A DNA stretch of 64,000 nt from Microthrixaceae bacterium (GTDB lineage: Bacteria; Actinomycetota; Acidimicrobiia; Acidimicrobiales; Microtrichaceae), in the NCBI GenBank assembly GCA_033813615.1, contig JAPXRJ010000001.1:8515-72514 (forward strand), written 5' to 3'. The first letter of the stretch is position 1. The number at the start of each line of letters is the position of its first letter. The notes beneath the pieces were generated by a model, which did not search any database, had not been told where the DNA came from, and worked only from the letters and a program-made list of their open reading frames with translations. Both the position numbers and the translations under genes were made by a program. This document shows, one piece after another, positions 19,336 to 29,338 of this stretch.

Positions 19336-20892
19336 ATGGCACTCACTGAGACCAGGCCCGACGCGGAGGATGTGGCCGCGGGCGACGCCGCCCGACCGGA
19401 CCCAGGCTCCGCCGAACGCCTGCTGGGCACCGGTGACCACGTCGCCATCGGGCGCCTGTACATCGGCTTCTCCTTGGCGCTGTCCGCCGTGGCGCTCACC
19501 CTCTGGGCCGTCGCCGGGCTCGACGCGCTGACCGACAACGGCTTCCTCGGCGCTCGTACCGCCCAGCTCGCCGCCAGCGCCCAGACCGCGCTGCTGTTCC
19601 TCGGCGTGGTGCCGTTGCTCCTGGGCATCGCCATCGCCGTCGTGCCGCTGCAGCTGGCGTCGCCGGCCATCGCCTTCCCCCGCGCTGCGGCCCTGTCGTT
19701 CTGGACCTGGCTCGTCAGCGCCGGGATCTTCGTGACGAGCATCGCCATCGACGGCGGTGTGCTGGGCGCCGACACGACCGCCGCCCAGCTCGGCAACGTG
19801 TCGCTCGGCGCGGTGCTGGTGTCGCTCGGCCTCGGCGCCGTCTGCGTGGCCACCACCGTGGTCGTGCACCGACCGCTCGGCATGCGCCTGGCCTGGGTGC
19901 CGGGTCTGTCGTGGGCGTCGCTCGTGGGCGCTGCACTCTGGATCGTCACCCTCGGTGCGGTGTGCGCGCACATCCTCCTCGGCGAGGTGGCCGGCTCGGA
20001 AGCCGGAGCGCTGGCCACCGCCTTCCTCGAGGGCCTCGTCTGGGTCTTCCGGGGTCCGGCGGTCTTCGCGTTCGCCATCCCGGTGCTCGGCATCGCCGTC
20101 GACGTCGTGGCTGCTGCCACGGGCCGCCGCTTCGCCAACACCGACGCGCTGCAGCTGATCATCGGTCTCTACGCCATCCTGGCCTTCGGTGCGTGGGCGC
20201 AGCTGCCGAGCTCGCTCAACACCGCGATGTGGACGCTGTTCGCCGCGGCGATCACCGTCCCCGTGCTCGGACTCCTCGGTGCGCTCGGCGACGCCTTCCG
20301 CCGCGGCTCGGTCAGCACCGGCCCCGCGCTGATCCTGTCGGTGCTGTCGGTCCTGTTGCTCGTCGGTGCGGTCATCACGGGTTGGGTCCAAGCCCTGTCG
20401 CTCGCAGGTCAGGGCACCCTGTTCGGCGCCTCGCCCGCCACGCTCGCTTCGGCCCAGACCGCCTTCGTGGCCGGTGCCGCCCTCGCCGGAGGGATCGCCG
20501 CGTCGCTGCACTGGTCGCCACTGCTGTGGGGCGGGCCGGGCAACTCGGTCGAGTCCCGTCTGACCGTGCCGCTCGTCGTCCTCGGTGGCGGGTTGCTCGG
20601 CACGGCCGTGCTGGTCCAGGCCGTCGTGCAGCTCGATGGTGAGACCACGGCGTTCCAGCTCTTCGGTCTTCTGACCGCCGTCGGCGCCGGACTGCTGGCG
20701 CTCGGGGCGCTCAGCGCCCTCATCGCTGCGGTGCGCAGCAGCGGCCAGGAGCCCGACCCGGTCGAGGGCCTCACCCTCGAGTGGGCATCGTCCACGCCGG
20801 CGACCGGAGGGGTCGTGCGCGACGACCTCGCCCGGGTGATCTCGCCGTACCCGCTGCTCGACGCCCGTGAGGGCACGGAGGAGAGCGACTGA
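19336..20892 (+). CDS. Degenerate cytochrome c oxidase subunit I paralogue lacking metal ligands
   Basis: Colinear with the COX1 at 23600 (DH..IG.LY, AFPR..ALSFW, LEW..S.P) with ligand His residues replaced. Confidence 0.82.
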   Translation: MALTETRPDAEDVAAGDAARPDPGSAERLLGTGDHVAIGRLYIGFSLALSAVALTLWAVAGLDALTDNGFLGARTAQLAASAQTALLFLGVVPLLLGIAIAVVPLQLASPAIAFPRAAALSFWTWLVSAGIFVTSIAIDGGVLGADTTAAQLGNVSLGAVLVSLGLGAVCVATTVVVHRPLGMRLAWVPGLSWASLVGAALWIVTLGAVCAHILLGEVAGSEAGALATAFLEGLVWVFRGPAVFAFAIPVLGIAVDVVAAATGRRFANTDALQLIIGLYAILAFGAWAQLPSSLNTAMWTLFAAAITVPVLGLLGALGDAFRRGSVSTGPALILSVLSVLLLVGAVITGWVQALSLAGQGTLFGASPATLASAQTAFVAGAALAGGIAASLHWSPLLWGGPGNSVESRLTVPLVVLGGGLLGTAVLVQAVVQLDGETTAFQLFGLLTAVGAGLLALGALSALIAAVRSSGQEPDPVEGLTLEWASSTPATGGVVRDDLARVISPYPLLDAREGTEESD

Positions 20893-21461
20893 TGGTTGCC
20901 GCCCTGCCCGCACCGAGCCAGCCCCGTCGTCGGGAGCTGCTGTTCGGCACGGCGTTCGCCACCGCCGGGGTCGTCGCCCTCATGGCGACGCTGATCGGCT
21001 ACTACCTCGCCGCCCGCAACGCCGGCGGCGTCGACTGGTTGGCCGACAACACGATCCCGCTCACGCAGCCGAACATGCAGGCGCTGACGCTGGGCATGTC
21101 GATGGTGACCATGCAGTGGGCCGTGCACTCGATCGCCCGCGACGACCGTCCCCACACCTACCTGGCGCTCGGCGTCACGCTGCTGCTCGGCATGGCGTTC
21201 GTGAACCAGTCGATCTTCCTGTACAAGCAGGCCGGCGTGGTCCTCGACCAGGCCGAGGCCCCGCTCTTCTACGCCGTGACCGGCGGCAGCCTCGCCATGG
21301 TGGTCGCCGGGATCATCTACCTGCTGGTGATGGGCTTCAGGGTCCTCGGCGGTCAGTTCTCCAGTCGTCAGCCGGACGGGATCGCCGCGGCCGCAGTGCT
21401 CTGGTACGCCAGCTGCGCTGTGTACGCCGTGGTCTGGGTCGCCGTCTACATCATGAAGTGA
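20892..21461 (+). CDS. Degenerate cytochrome c oxidase subunit III paralogue
   Basis: S.VTMQWAV, FYAVTG, LWY align with COX3 S.LTMVLAV, FYTLTGFH, YWH. Confidence 0.8.
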   Translation: MVAALPAPSQPRRRELLFGTAFATAGVVALMATLIGYYLAARNAGGVDWLADNTIPLTQPNMQALTLGMSMVTMQWAVHSIARDDRPHTYLALGVTLLLGMAFVNQSIFLYKQAGVVLDQAEAPLFYAVTGGSLAMVVAGIIYLLVMGFRVLGGQFSSRQPDGIAAAAVLWYASCAVYAVVWVAVYIMK

Positions 21462-21468
21462 GCACTTG

Positions 21469-22368
21469 ATGATCACTCGGGGTTCCAAGTTCTTCTATGC
21501 CGCTGCGGTCGTCGGCTTCGTGTCGGCGATCGTGTACGGGTTCCTCTCGGGAGCGGCCGCGCACAGCGGCGTGCTCGGTGTGTTCTCCGACGGCGACGTG
21601 GTCAACTCCATCGTCGGTCCGCTGACCTTCGGATGGAAGGGCTGGGTCGGCGACCACGTCGGCTACAGCGTCCTCATGGGCTTCGCCGCGGTGATGGCGG
21701 CGCTCGGCGGGTTCACCACGGCGTTCCGCGACGGAAGCCCCGACGTGCTCGTCGAGATGGAGGGCGGTGACCCGGAGACGGCGGCCAACCCGTCGGTCCT
21801 CAGCCCGGTCGGTCTCAGCTACTGGCCGTTGATCGGCGCCTTCGGCGTCGGGATCGCGACGGTCGGCCTGGCGGTGGACACCGTCCTGTTCTGGGTCGGG
21901 ATCGTCCTGCTGGCCATCGTGGTCGTCTCCTGGACGGTGCGGGCCTGGGCGGAGAGCGCCACCGGCGACCAGGGCGTCAACCGTGGCCTGCGCCACGACC
22001 TGATGGACCCGCTCGAGGTCCCGGTGCTGGCCGTGCTCACGCTGGCCGTCATCGTCCTGTGCGTGTCGCGCCTGCTGCTCGCTCTGCCGCAGTCGGCGTC
22101 GGTGTACGTGATCATCGGTGCCGCGATCGTGGTGTTCGCCCTGGCGTTCGTGCTGGCCGGGCGTCCCGAGCTCAAGCGCTCGCTGGTGGTCGCGGTCCTG
22201 CTCGTGGGCGGCGTCGTGATCATCGGTGCCGGCATCGTCGGCGGCATCGCCGGCGAGCAGCACGGCGGCGAGGAAGAGCACGGTGCGGGCGCCAGCCCGA
22301 CCGTCGTGGTCGATTCGGCACCCGGTCCGGCAGCGGTGGATACTCTCACCGTGCCGACCGGTGAGTGA
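21469..22368 (+). CDS. Oxidase-associated membrane protein, CtaF-like (actinobacterial subunit 4) N-terminal half
   Basis: Multi-TM; SYWPL motif resembling CtaF and the COX1 C-terminal extension. Confidence 0.55.
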   Translation: MITRGSKFFYAAAVVGFVSAIVYGFLSGAAAHSGVLGVFSDGDVVNSIVGPLTFGWKGWVGDHVGYSVLMGFAAVMAALGGFTTAFRDGSPDVLVEMEGGDPETAANPSVLSPVGLSYWPLIGAFGVGIATVGLAVDTVLFWVGIVLLAIVVVSWTVRAWAESATGDQGVNRGLRHDLMDPLEVPVLAVLTLAVIVLCVSRLLLALPQSASVYVIIGAAIVVFALAFVLAGRPELKRSLVVAVLLVGGVVIIGAGIVGGIAGEQHGGEEEHGAGASPTVVVDSAPGPAAVDTLTVPTGE

Positions 22369-22378
22369 GAGGTTGGGA

Positions 22379-23566
22379 ATGCGGAACAAGCGCAATGCGG
22401 CGATCGCAGGGGTCGTCTCGTTCGTCCTCATGGCGGTGATGCTCTGGCTGATCATCCGCAACATCGGTGATGCTGAGGGGTACCCGCTCAACACCCTCGC
22501 TCCCGCCGGTCGCCAGAACTGGGAGATCTTCGGCCTGGTCAAGCCGGTGTTCGCCGTCGCCGGCATCGTGTTCCTGGTGGTCGAGGCCGGTCTCATCTGG
22601 ATGGCCGTCCGCTTCAAGCGGAACAAGTCCGACGTCGACGGCGTCGACGAGCCCACGCAGACCCACGGCAACACGCCGCTCGAGATCGGCTGGACCGTGC
22701 TGCCGGCGCTGATGCTCGCCGTGCTCGCCGTGTTCAACGTCCAGACCCTGCTGCGCATCGAGGAGAAGACCGATCCGATCGAGGTTCGCGTCATCGGACA
22801 GCAGTGGTGGTGGGAGTACCGCTACGACGTCGACCGCGACGGCACCGTCGACATCATCACCGCCACGCAGATCGTCGTGCCCGTCGGCCGTGACGTGGAG
22901 GTGAAGATCCAGTCCAACGACGTCATCCACTCGTTCTGGATCCCGGCGATCAACGGCAAGAAGGACGCGGTGCCGGGCCGCACGCACTCGCTGATCATGA
23001 CCGCCGACAAGCCCGGCATCTACCAGGGCCAGTGCACCGAGTTCTGCGGTCTGTCCCACGGCGTGATGCGCATGGAGCTGAAGGCGCTGCCGGAGGCGGA
23101 GTACGACGAGTGGGTCGCGGCGATGACCAAGCCGCCGGAGCAGCCGACCGACCCCAAGGCGCTCGCCGGCCAGGAGCTGTTCGTCAGCCAGTGCGCCCGC
23201 TGCCACCAGATCAACGGGCTGCGACCCGACTCCACCGCGCCGTTCAGCTACGCCGCCCAGCCGGACCCGGAATACGGAGAGTCGGTGGACTCCACGCTGT
23301 CGTCCAAGAACGCGCCGAACCTGACGCACCTGATGATGCGCCAGACCTTCGCCGGGTCGTTGCTGCCCCTCTACGAGGGCAAGGCCGCGGAGTCCGTCTC
23401 CGTCGTACCCGACGGCGTGCCCGCCACCTCCGACCTCAAGGACTGGTTGCGTGATCCGGAGGCGATCAAGCCGATGGACCCCGACAACAACCAGGGGATG
23501 CCGAACCTCCAGCTCACGGAGGACCAGATCGATCAGCTCGTCGCCTACCTGGTGACGTTGAAGTAG
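22379..23566 (+). CDS. ctaC: Cytochrome c oxidase subunit II with fused cytochrome c (caa3 type)
   Basis: QWWWEYRY, DVIHSFW, CuA CTEFCGLSHGVM, haem c CARCH...MP. Confidence 0.96.
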   Translation: MRNKRNAAIAGVVSFVLMAVMLWLIIRNIGDAEGYPLNTLAPAGRQNWEIFGLVKPVFAVAGIVFLVVEAGLIWMAVRFKRNKSDVDGVDEPTQTHGNTPLEIGWTVLPALMLAVLAVFNVQTLLRIEEKTDPIEVRVIGQQWWWEYRYDVDRDGTVDIITATQIVVPVGRDVEVKIQSNDVIHSFWIPAINGKKDAVPGRTHSLIMTADKPGIYQGQCTEFCGLSHGVMRMELKALPEAEYDEWVAAMTKPPEQPTDPKALAGQELFVSQCARCHQINGLRPDSTAPFSYAAQPDPEYGESVDSTLSSKNAPNLTHLMMRQTFAGSLLPLYEGKAAESVSVVPDGVPATSDLKDWLRDPEAIKPMDPDNNQGMPNLQLTEDQIDQLVAYLVTLK

Positions 23567-23599
23567 ACCGGCCGGAGAAGGACGAGAAGGACCCAACAG

Positions 23600-25690
23600 A
23601 TGGCACTTGTCGAAGAACACGCGCCGCTCGAGCTCGACGCCGGAGCAGCGACGGTGACCAAGCCGCTGGGCGTGTTCTCGCGGCCGACGTCCACGCACGG
23701 CTGGACCTCGTGGCTGACCACCGTCGATCACAAGAAGATCGGCATCATGTACGGCGCCGCGTCGTTCTTCTTCCTGCTCGTCGGCGGGTTCGAAGCGCTG
23801 CTGATCCGCACCCAGCTCGCCGTCCCCGGCTCGAAGTTCCTCTCTGCGGACCTCTACAACCAGGTCTTCACGATGCACGGCGTCACCATGGTGTTCCTGG
23901 TGGTCATGCCGATGGCCTCCGCGTTCGCCAACTACCTGCTGCCGCTGCAGATCGGGGCGAGGGACGTCTCGTTCCCCCGCATGAACGCCCTGTCGTTGTG
24001 GGTCTGGCTCTCCGGCGCGATCTTCTTCAACACCTCGTGGTTGCTCGGTGGCGGCGCCAACGGCGGTTGGTTCATGTACGCGCCGAACTCGGGCGTGACG
24101 TTCTCGCCCGGGCACGGCATCGACTTCTACGCCGTCGGCCTGATCATCATGGGCATCGGCTCGACCGTGTCGGCCATCAACCTGACCGTCACCGTGCTCA
24201 ACATGCGGGCGCCGGGCATGACCCTCATGAAGATGCCGGTCTTCACCTGGATGACCTTCGTGGTGCAGGTGCTGCTCGTGTTCGCCCTGCCGGTCATCAC
24301 CGTGGCGCTGTTCCTGCTGATGTTCGATCGGCTCTTCGGGGCGACGTTCTTCGACGCGTCGAAGGGCGGTGACCCGTTCCTGTGGGAGAACCTGTTCTGG
24401 ATCTTCGGGCACCCCGAGGTGTACATCATGATCCTGCCGAGCTTCGGCATCGCGTCGGAGGTGATCCCGACGTTCTCCCGCAAGCCGATCTTCGGCTATC
24501 CGTTCATGATCGGCTCCGGCATCGCCATCGGGTTCATGGGCTGGGGCGTCTGGGCGCACCACATGTTCGCATCGGGCATCGGCACGCTGTCGGTGCTGGC
24601 GTTCTCCCTGGCCACGATGTTCATCGCCGTGCCGACCGGCGTGAAGATCCTCAACTGGCTGGCGACGATGTACGGCGGCCGGCTGCGGTTCACGACCGCC
24701 ATGCTGTTCGCGATCGGCCTCGTCGGCATGTTCACCATCGGCGGTCTGTCGGGCGTGACCCACGCCTTCGCCCCCGCCGACACGCAGCAGACCGACACGT
24801 ACTACATCGTTGCGCACTTCCACTACGTGCTCTTCGGCGGTGCCCTGCTGGGGCTCTTCTCCGGCATGTACTTCTGGTGGCCGAAGATCTTCGGCTTCTT
24901 CCTGGGCGAGAAGATGGGCAAGTGGAACTTCTGGGTGATGCTCGTCGGCTTCAACCTGACGTTCGGGCCCATGCACATCCTGGGCATGCAGGGGATGATG
25001 CGTCGCACCTACACCTACACCGAGGGTCAGGGCTTCAACCTCTGGAACATGGTGGCCACCATCGGTGCGTTCACGATCGCCGTGTCGCTGATCCTCTTCA
25101 TGGTCAACATCGCTCTGAGCTACCGGAAGCACAAGCGCAACCCGGTCGACCCCGGACCGGACCCCTGGGACGCTCGGTCGCTCGAGTGGATGATCCCGTC
25201 GCCCGCCCCGGAGCACAACTTCGACGAGCTGCCGCTGGTCGAGGAGACCGACGAGTTCTGGCACCGCAAGTACGGCCACGACGACGACGGCCGGCTCGTG
25301 CGCATCGCGGCCACCGAGGACGTCGTCCAGAAGGGTGACGCCACCGACGTGCACCTGCCGTCGCCGTCGTACTGGCCGCTCGTCATGGCGGCCGGGTTCC
25401 CGCTCGTCGGCTACGGCCTGATCTTCAACTACTGGTGGCTGGTGCCCGGCGCGCTGCTGATCGTGCTCGGCATCTTCGGCTGGGTCTTCGAGCCGTCGAC
25501 CGACCCGGACGGCGGCCACCACCACGACGACGACCAGCCTTCCGACGACCGTCCCGATGCCGCCGAGGCGACGGCCGGCGAGTCGACCGACGCGGACGAC
25601 GACGCATCGTCGCTCGGCTCGGACGAGGTCGCGGATGCACCCACCCCCGAGCCGGCCATGGCCAGCACCGAGGAGACGACCGTTGGCTGA
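23600..25690 (+). CDS. ctaD: Cytochrome c oxidase subunit I (A1 type)
   Basis: FTMHG, GHPEVY, WAHH, HFHY, MMRR all intact. Confidence 0.98.
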   Translation: MALVEEHAPLELDAGAATVTKPLGVFSRPTSTHGWTSWLTTVDHKKIGIMYGAASFFFLLVGGFEALLIRTQLAVPGSKFLSADLYNQVFTMHGVTMVFLVVMPMASAFANYLLPLQIGARDVSFPRMNALSLWVWLSGAIFFNTSWLLGGGANGGWFMYAPNSGVTFSPGHGIDFYAVGLIIMGIGSTVSAINLTVTVLNMRAPGMTLMKMPVFTWMTFVVQVLLVFALPVITVALFLLMFDRLFGATFFDASKGGDPFLWENLFWIFGHPEVYIMILPSFGIASEVIPTFSRKPIFGYPFMIGSGIAIGFMGWGVWAHHMFASGIGTLSVLAFSLATMFIAVPTGVKILNWLATMYGGRLRFTTAMLFAIGLVGMFTIGGLSGVTHAFAPADTQQTDTYYIVAHFHYVLFGGALLGLFSGMYFWWPKIFGFFLGEKMGKWNFWVMLVGFNLTFGPMHILGMQGMMRRTYTYTEGQGFNLWNMVATIGAFTIAVSLILFMVNIALSYRKHKRNPVDPGPDPWDARSLEWMIPSPAPEHNFDELPLVEETDEFWHRKYGHDDDGRLVRIAATEDVVQKGDATDVHLPSPSYWPLVMAAGFPLVGYGLIFNYWWLVPGALLIVLGIFGWVFEPSTDPDGGHHHDDDQPSDDRPDAAEATAGESTDADDDASSLGSDEVADAPTPEPAMASTEETTVG

Positions 25691-26312
25691 CATCTCCCTC
25701 GAACCGGTCGAGGACATCGAGTTCCCCGACGACATCCACCAGACGTCCACCGGCGTCTCCAACGCCAAGTTGGCGATGTGGACCTACCTCGCGTCGGACT
25801 GCCTGCTCTTCGGCGGCCTGATCTCCACCTACCTGCTCTACAAGAACCGACCCGGCAGCATCCCGGGTCTGGCCGGGTCGCCGCTCAAGGCCTCGGAGCT
25901 GTTCAACATCCCGTTCACATCGATGACGAGCTTCATCCTGCTGATGAGCTCGCTGACGATGGTGCTGGCCGTGAACTCGATCATGAGCGGCGACCACAAG
26001 CGCATGCGGCTCTGGCTGACGAGCACCTGCATCCTCGGCGGGCTGTTCCTCGCCGGCCAGATCTACGAGTTCACCGAGTTCGTCCGCGAAGGCCTCGGCT
26101 ACACCTCGAACGTGTCTGCCTCCGCGTTCTACACCCTGACCGGGTTCCACGGTGCGCACGTCGCCATCGGCATCATCATGTTGTTGAGCGCCGTCGGCTA
26201 TTCCATGCGCAAGCAGATGCACGCCGAGGCCGTCGAGGTCCTGGGTCTGTACTGGCACTTCGTCGACATCGTCTGGGTCGTGATCTTCGCGATCGTCTAC
26301 CTGATCCCCTGA
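25683..26312 (+). CDS. ctaE: Cytochrome c oxidase subunit III
   Basis: TTG start; FYTLTGFHGAHV, YWHFVDIVW. Confidence 0.95.
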   Translation: MADISLEPVEDIEFPDDIHQTSTGVSNAKLAMWTYLASDCLLFGGLISTYLLYKNRPGSIPGLAGSPLKASELFNIPFTSMTSFILLMSSLTMVLAVNSIMSGDHKRMRLWLTSTCILGGLFLAGQIYEFTEFVREGLGYTSNVSASAFYTLTGFHGAHVAIGIIMLLSAVGYSMRKQMHAEAVEVLGLYWHFVDIVWVVIFAIVYLIP

Positions 26313-26338
26313 TCTGAAGAGAGCTTGAGGAGCAACGC

Positions 26339-26761
26339 GTGAGCACCACGGTGCAGGAACTCGACGACGACTCCCCGGCGCACCCGGGCGAGCACCACGA
26401 CCACGGCCCGAGCAACGGGACGTACTACACGATCTTCTGGATCCTCGTCGCCATCACCGCGCTCGAGGTCTCCACGTACTTCTGGTCGTCGTGGTTCGGC
26501 GACGGCTCGCACTACCCGGCGGTCGTGCTGCTGGTGGTCATGATGGTGGTCAAGTTCATCCTGATCGCCTCCTTCTTCATGCACCTGCGCTTCGACTCGA
26601 AGTTGCTGGGGCGGATCTTCTACTTCGGCCTGGCCGTCGCCATCATCGTGTACATGGCCGCCCTCGCCACGATGAACATCTTCACCGACAACGGCAACCC
26701 GTGGTTCAACGATCCGCCGCCGGCGGTGACGACTACCACGGTCGCCGCGGCCGGCGGCTGA
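26339..26761 (+). CDS. Cytochrome c oxidase subunit IV (caa3/COX4_pro type)
   Basis: ITALEV, KF.LIA.FFMHLRFD. Confidence 0.88.
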   Translation: MSTTVQELDDDSPAHPGEHHDHGPSNGTYYTIFWILVAITALEVSTYFWSSWFGDGSHYPAVVLLVVMMVVKFILIASFFMHLRFDSKLLGRIFYFGLAVAIIVYMAALATMNIFTDNGNPWFNDPPPAVTTTTVAAAGG

Positions 26762-26830
26762 CGACCGGATTCTGACGAGAAGTCAGCACCGGAACGGTCG
26801 TCGATCTCCCGGAGAATCGACCGATCCGAC

Positions 26831-27556
26831 TCACTCCCAGCGGAACGTGAGCGCCGCGGCGATCGGGGCGACCACCGCCCACGCGGTGAGCGACACCCAC
26901 GCCCAGGTCGCCACGCCGCCGCCGCCGAGCGATCCGGTCAGGATCTCGGCGAGGGGCGCAGCCGGCAGCACCTTGGCCACGTCGGCGAGGCCGCTCGGCA
27001 GCTCCGACAGCGGGATCACCATGCCGCCGGTCAGCAGCAGCACCAGGTAGAGGCCGTTCGCCACCGCCAGGGTGCCCACGCCGGGCAGCGTGCCGGCGAG
27101 CAGCAGGCCGATGCCGCCGAACGCCGCAGTTCCCAAGAGGGCGCCGAGCACTGCGGCCGCCCAGCCCGATGCCGGGGGCGACCAGCCGAGCAGCAGCGAG
27201 ACGCCGATCAGCACCACCCACTGCGCCACCTCGGTGACGAGGACGGTCGTGATCTTGGCCGCCACCCACCGGCCCCGTCCGAGCGGCGATGCGCCGAGTC
27301 GCTTCAGGACGCCGTAGTGGCGTTCGAACCCGCTGCCGATGCCGAGCGACACCATCGCGGTCGACATCACCGCCAACGCCAGCACCGCGGGAGCCAGGAA
27401 GTCGATCGGCTCGTCCACCTCGCCGGAGGGAAGGATGTGGACGGTGGAGAAGAAGACCAGGATCAGCAGGGGGATGCCGAGGCTGACCAGCAGCTGCTCG
27501 CCTTGACGTGACGCGAGCGCCAGCTCGATCCGCAGCTGCGACAGGAACGGCTTCAT
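26831..27556 (-). CDS. ABC-2 type transporter permease
   Basis: GEQLL, FERHYGVLKRLGASP; about six TM segments. Confidence 0.9.
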   Translation of the reverse strand: MKPFLSQLRIELALASRQGEQLLVSLGIPLLILVFFSTVHILPSGEVDEPIDFLAPAVLALAVMSTAMVSLGIGSGFERHYGVLKRLGASPLGRGRWVAAKITTVLVTEVAQWVVLIGVSLLLGWSPPASGWAAAVLGALLGTAAFGGIGLLLAGTLPGVGTLAVANGLYLVLLLTGGMVIPLSELPSGLADVAKVLPAAPLAEILTGSLGGGGVATWAWVSLTAWAVVAPIAAALTFRWE

Positions 27557-28581
27557 CGGCGCTCCCGGCCCCGGCCGCTGCGAGTGCGCCGTCCTCGGCG
27601 ACCGACGGTCGCCGCCTCCGGTTCGTCGTCGTGGGCGGTCAGCCGGCGGAACACGTCGTCGAGGCGCTGACGCCCCGCCCGGAGGTCCTGGAGCGGGAGG
27701 TCTCGCTCGGCCAGCCACGCGGTCACCGCGGCGACGTTCGCCGGCGTCGGTGCCAGATCGGCGCGGTACTCGCCAGGGGTCACCTGGGTCACCGTCGCAC
27801 GGATCCGATCGCCCAGCTCATCGACGGCCAGACCGACCGGCGCGCCGAACAGGATGTGGTCGTTGTCGCTGGGACGCACCAGGTCGGCCGGGGAGCCGGC
27901 CGCGACCACGGCGCCGCGGTCGACGATCACCACGTGGTCCGAGCCACGCTCGGCCTCGTCGAGGTCGTGGGTGGTCATCACCACGCACACGCCGTCGTCT
28001 CGCAGACGGGCGACCACGTCGCGCACAGCGTCGCGGCCGTCCAGGTCGATGCCGGCGGTGGGCTCGTCGAGGAACACCACGTCGGGGCGGCCGATGATCG
28101 CCAGTGCCAGCGACAGCCTGCGCTGCTCGCCACCTGACAACCGCCGGAACGGGGTGCCCTCCCGATGGGCGAGCCCCACCCTGCGCAGCAGCGCATGGGG
28201 ATCGAGGGGACGGTCGAAGAAGCCTGCGTACTGGCGCAGCAGCTCGCCCGGACGGATCGCGGTCGGGATGCCGCCGTCCTGCAGCATCACGCCGACGCGC
28301 CGGGTGAGGGCGCGATGGTCGCGCGACGGGTCGTGGCCGAGCACCCGTGCTCGGCCGCCGGCGCGCGGTCGATACCCCTCGAGGTGCTCCACGGTGGAGG
28401 TCTTGCCGGCACCGTTCGGACCGAGGATCGTGGTCACCGCTCCGGCGTGGGCGGCGAACGACACGCCGTCGACCGCGGTCGTCTCGCCGTAGCGGAGCAC
28501 CAGGTCCTCGACGACGACGGCGGCGTCCCCGTCGGGCTCGCCGGGGGAAGGCGCGGGTGCGGGGGTCGCTCCGCTCGTCAC
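27553..28581 (-). CDS. ABC transporter ATP-binding protein
   Basis: GPNGAGKT, LSGGE, VFLDEPT, TTH. Confidence 0.93.
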   Translation of the reverse strand: MTSGATPAPAPSPGEPDGDAAVVVEDLVLRYGETTAVDGVSFAAHAGAVTTILGPNGAGKTSTVEHLEGYRPRAGGRARVLGHDPSRDHRALTRRVGVMLQDGGIPTAIRPGELLRQYAGFFDRPLDPHALLRRVGLAHREGTPFRRLSGGEQRRLSLALAIIGRPDVVFLDEPTAGIDLDGRDAVRDVVARLRDDGVCVVMTTHDLDEAERGSDHVVIVDRGAVVAAGSPADLVRPSDNDHILFGAPVGLAVDELGDRIRATVTQVTPGEYRADLAPTPANVAAVTAWLAERDLPLQDLRAGRQRLDDVFRRLTAHDDEPEAATVGRRGRRTRSGRGRERR

Positions 28582-28592
28582 GTGGCGTGACG

Positions 28593-29234
28593 CTACCGGC
28601 GCGCCAGCAGGGCGGGCACGTCGACGGGCCGCTCGGCCACCGCCCACGCACCGGCATCGACGAGCTCGATGCGGCCGCCGAAGCCCCACGCCGCGCCGAT
28701 GCAGTCGATCCCGTGCGCGGCCGCCCCTGCCACGTCGAGGTCCCGGTCGCCGACGAGCACGCACTCGGCTGGCTCGGGGTGGTCGAGTCCGTCCAGCGTC
28801 CGGGCCAGCACCTCGGACTTGGTCGTGGCGGTGCCGTCCATCGTCGCGGCACCGACCACGGCGAAGCGATCGGCGAGGCCGAAGTGCTCCAGCATGGTCC
28901 GAGTGGGGACCTCGCCCTTGGACGTGGCGGTCGCGAGCACGTGGCCGTCGCCGGTGATGCCGTCGAGGAGCCCGATCACGCCGTCGTAGAGCGACGCCTC
29001 GTACACGCCGGCGCTGAGGTAGCGGTCTCGGTAGTGGCGCACGCCGTCGTCGAGCAGCGGCTCGGGGACCCCGACCTCCGCGAGCATCGATCGCAGGGGC
29101 GGGCCGATGTGGGAGCGGAGCACCGCCTCGGTCGGTACCTCCAGGGCGAGCTGGTCGAGGGCGTGGACCATGCACGCCAGGATGCCCGGCTCGGAGTTCC
29201 AGACGGTCCCGTCGAGGTCGAAGATCACGATCAC
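28593..29234 (-). CDS. HAD-family hydrolase (phosphoglycolate phosphatase-like)
   Basis: DLDGT, ATSK, VGDR..D. Confidence 0.9.
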   Translation of the reverse strand: MIVIFDLDGTVWNSEPGILACMVHALDQLALEVPTEAVLRSHIGPPLRSMLAEVGVPEPLLDDGVRHYRDRYLSAGVYEASLYDGVIGLLDGITGDGHVLATATSKGEVPTRTMLEHFGLADRFAVVGAATMDGTATTKSEVLARTLDGLDHPEPAECVLVGDRDLDVAGAAAHGIDCIGAAWGFGGRIELVDAGAWAVAERPVDVPALLARR

Positions 29235-29338
29235 CGGGCCAGGATCCCACGAGCGGCGACCTCCGTCGGACGGTCCACGGCGCTCGTGGGGAGATTCGGG
29301 TTCGGGCGCCGACGCGGAGCGCCGCTACCGTTCCCGCC

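Noticed and set aside
22346-25768. 1140-aa minus-strand ORF and similar long antisense ORFs (47584-50175, 51400-54033, 10164-12524)
   Set aside because: High-GC antisense shadows of clear plus-strand genes
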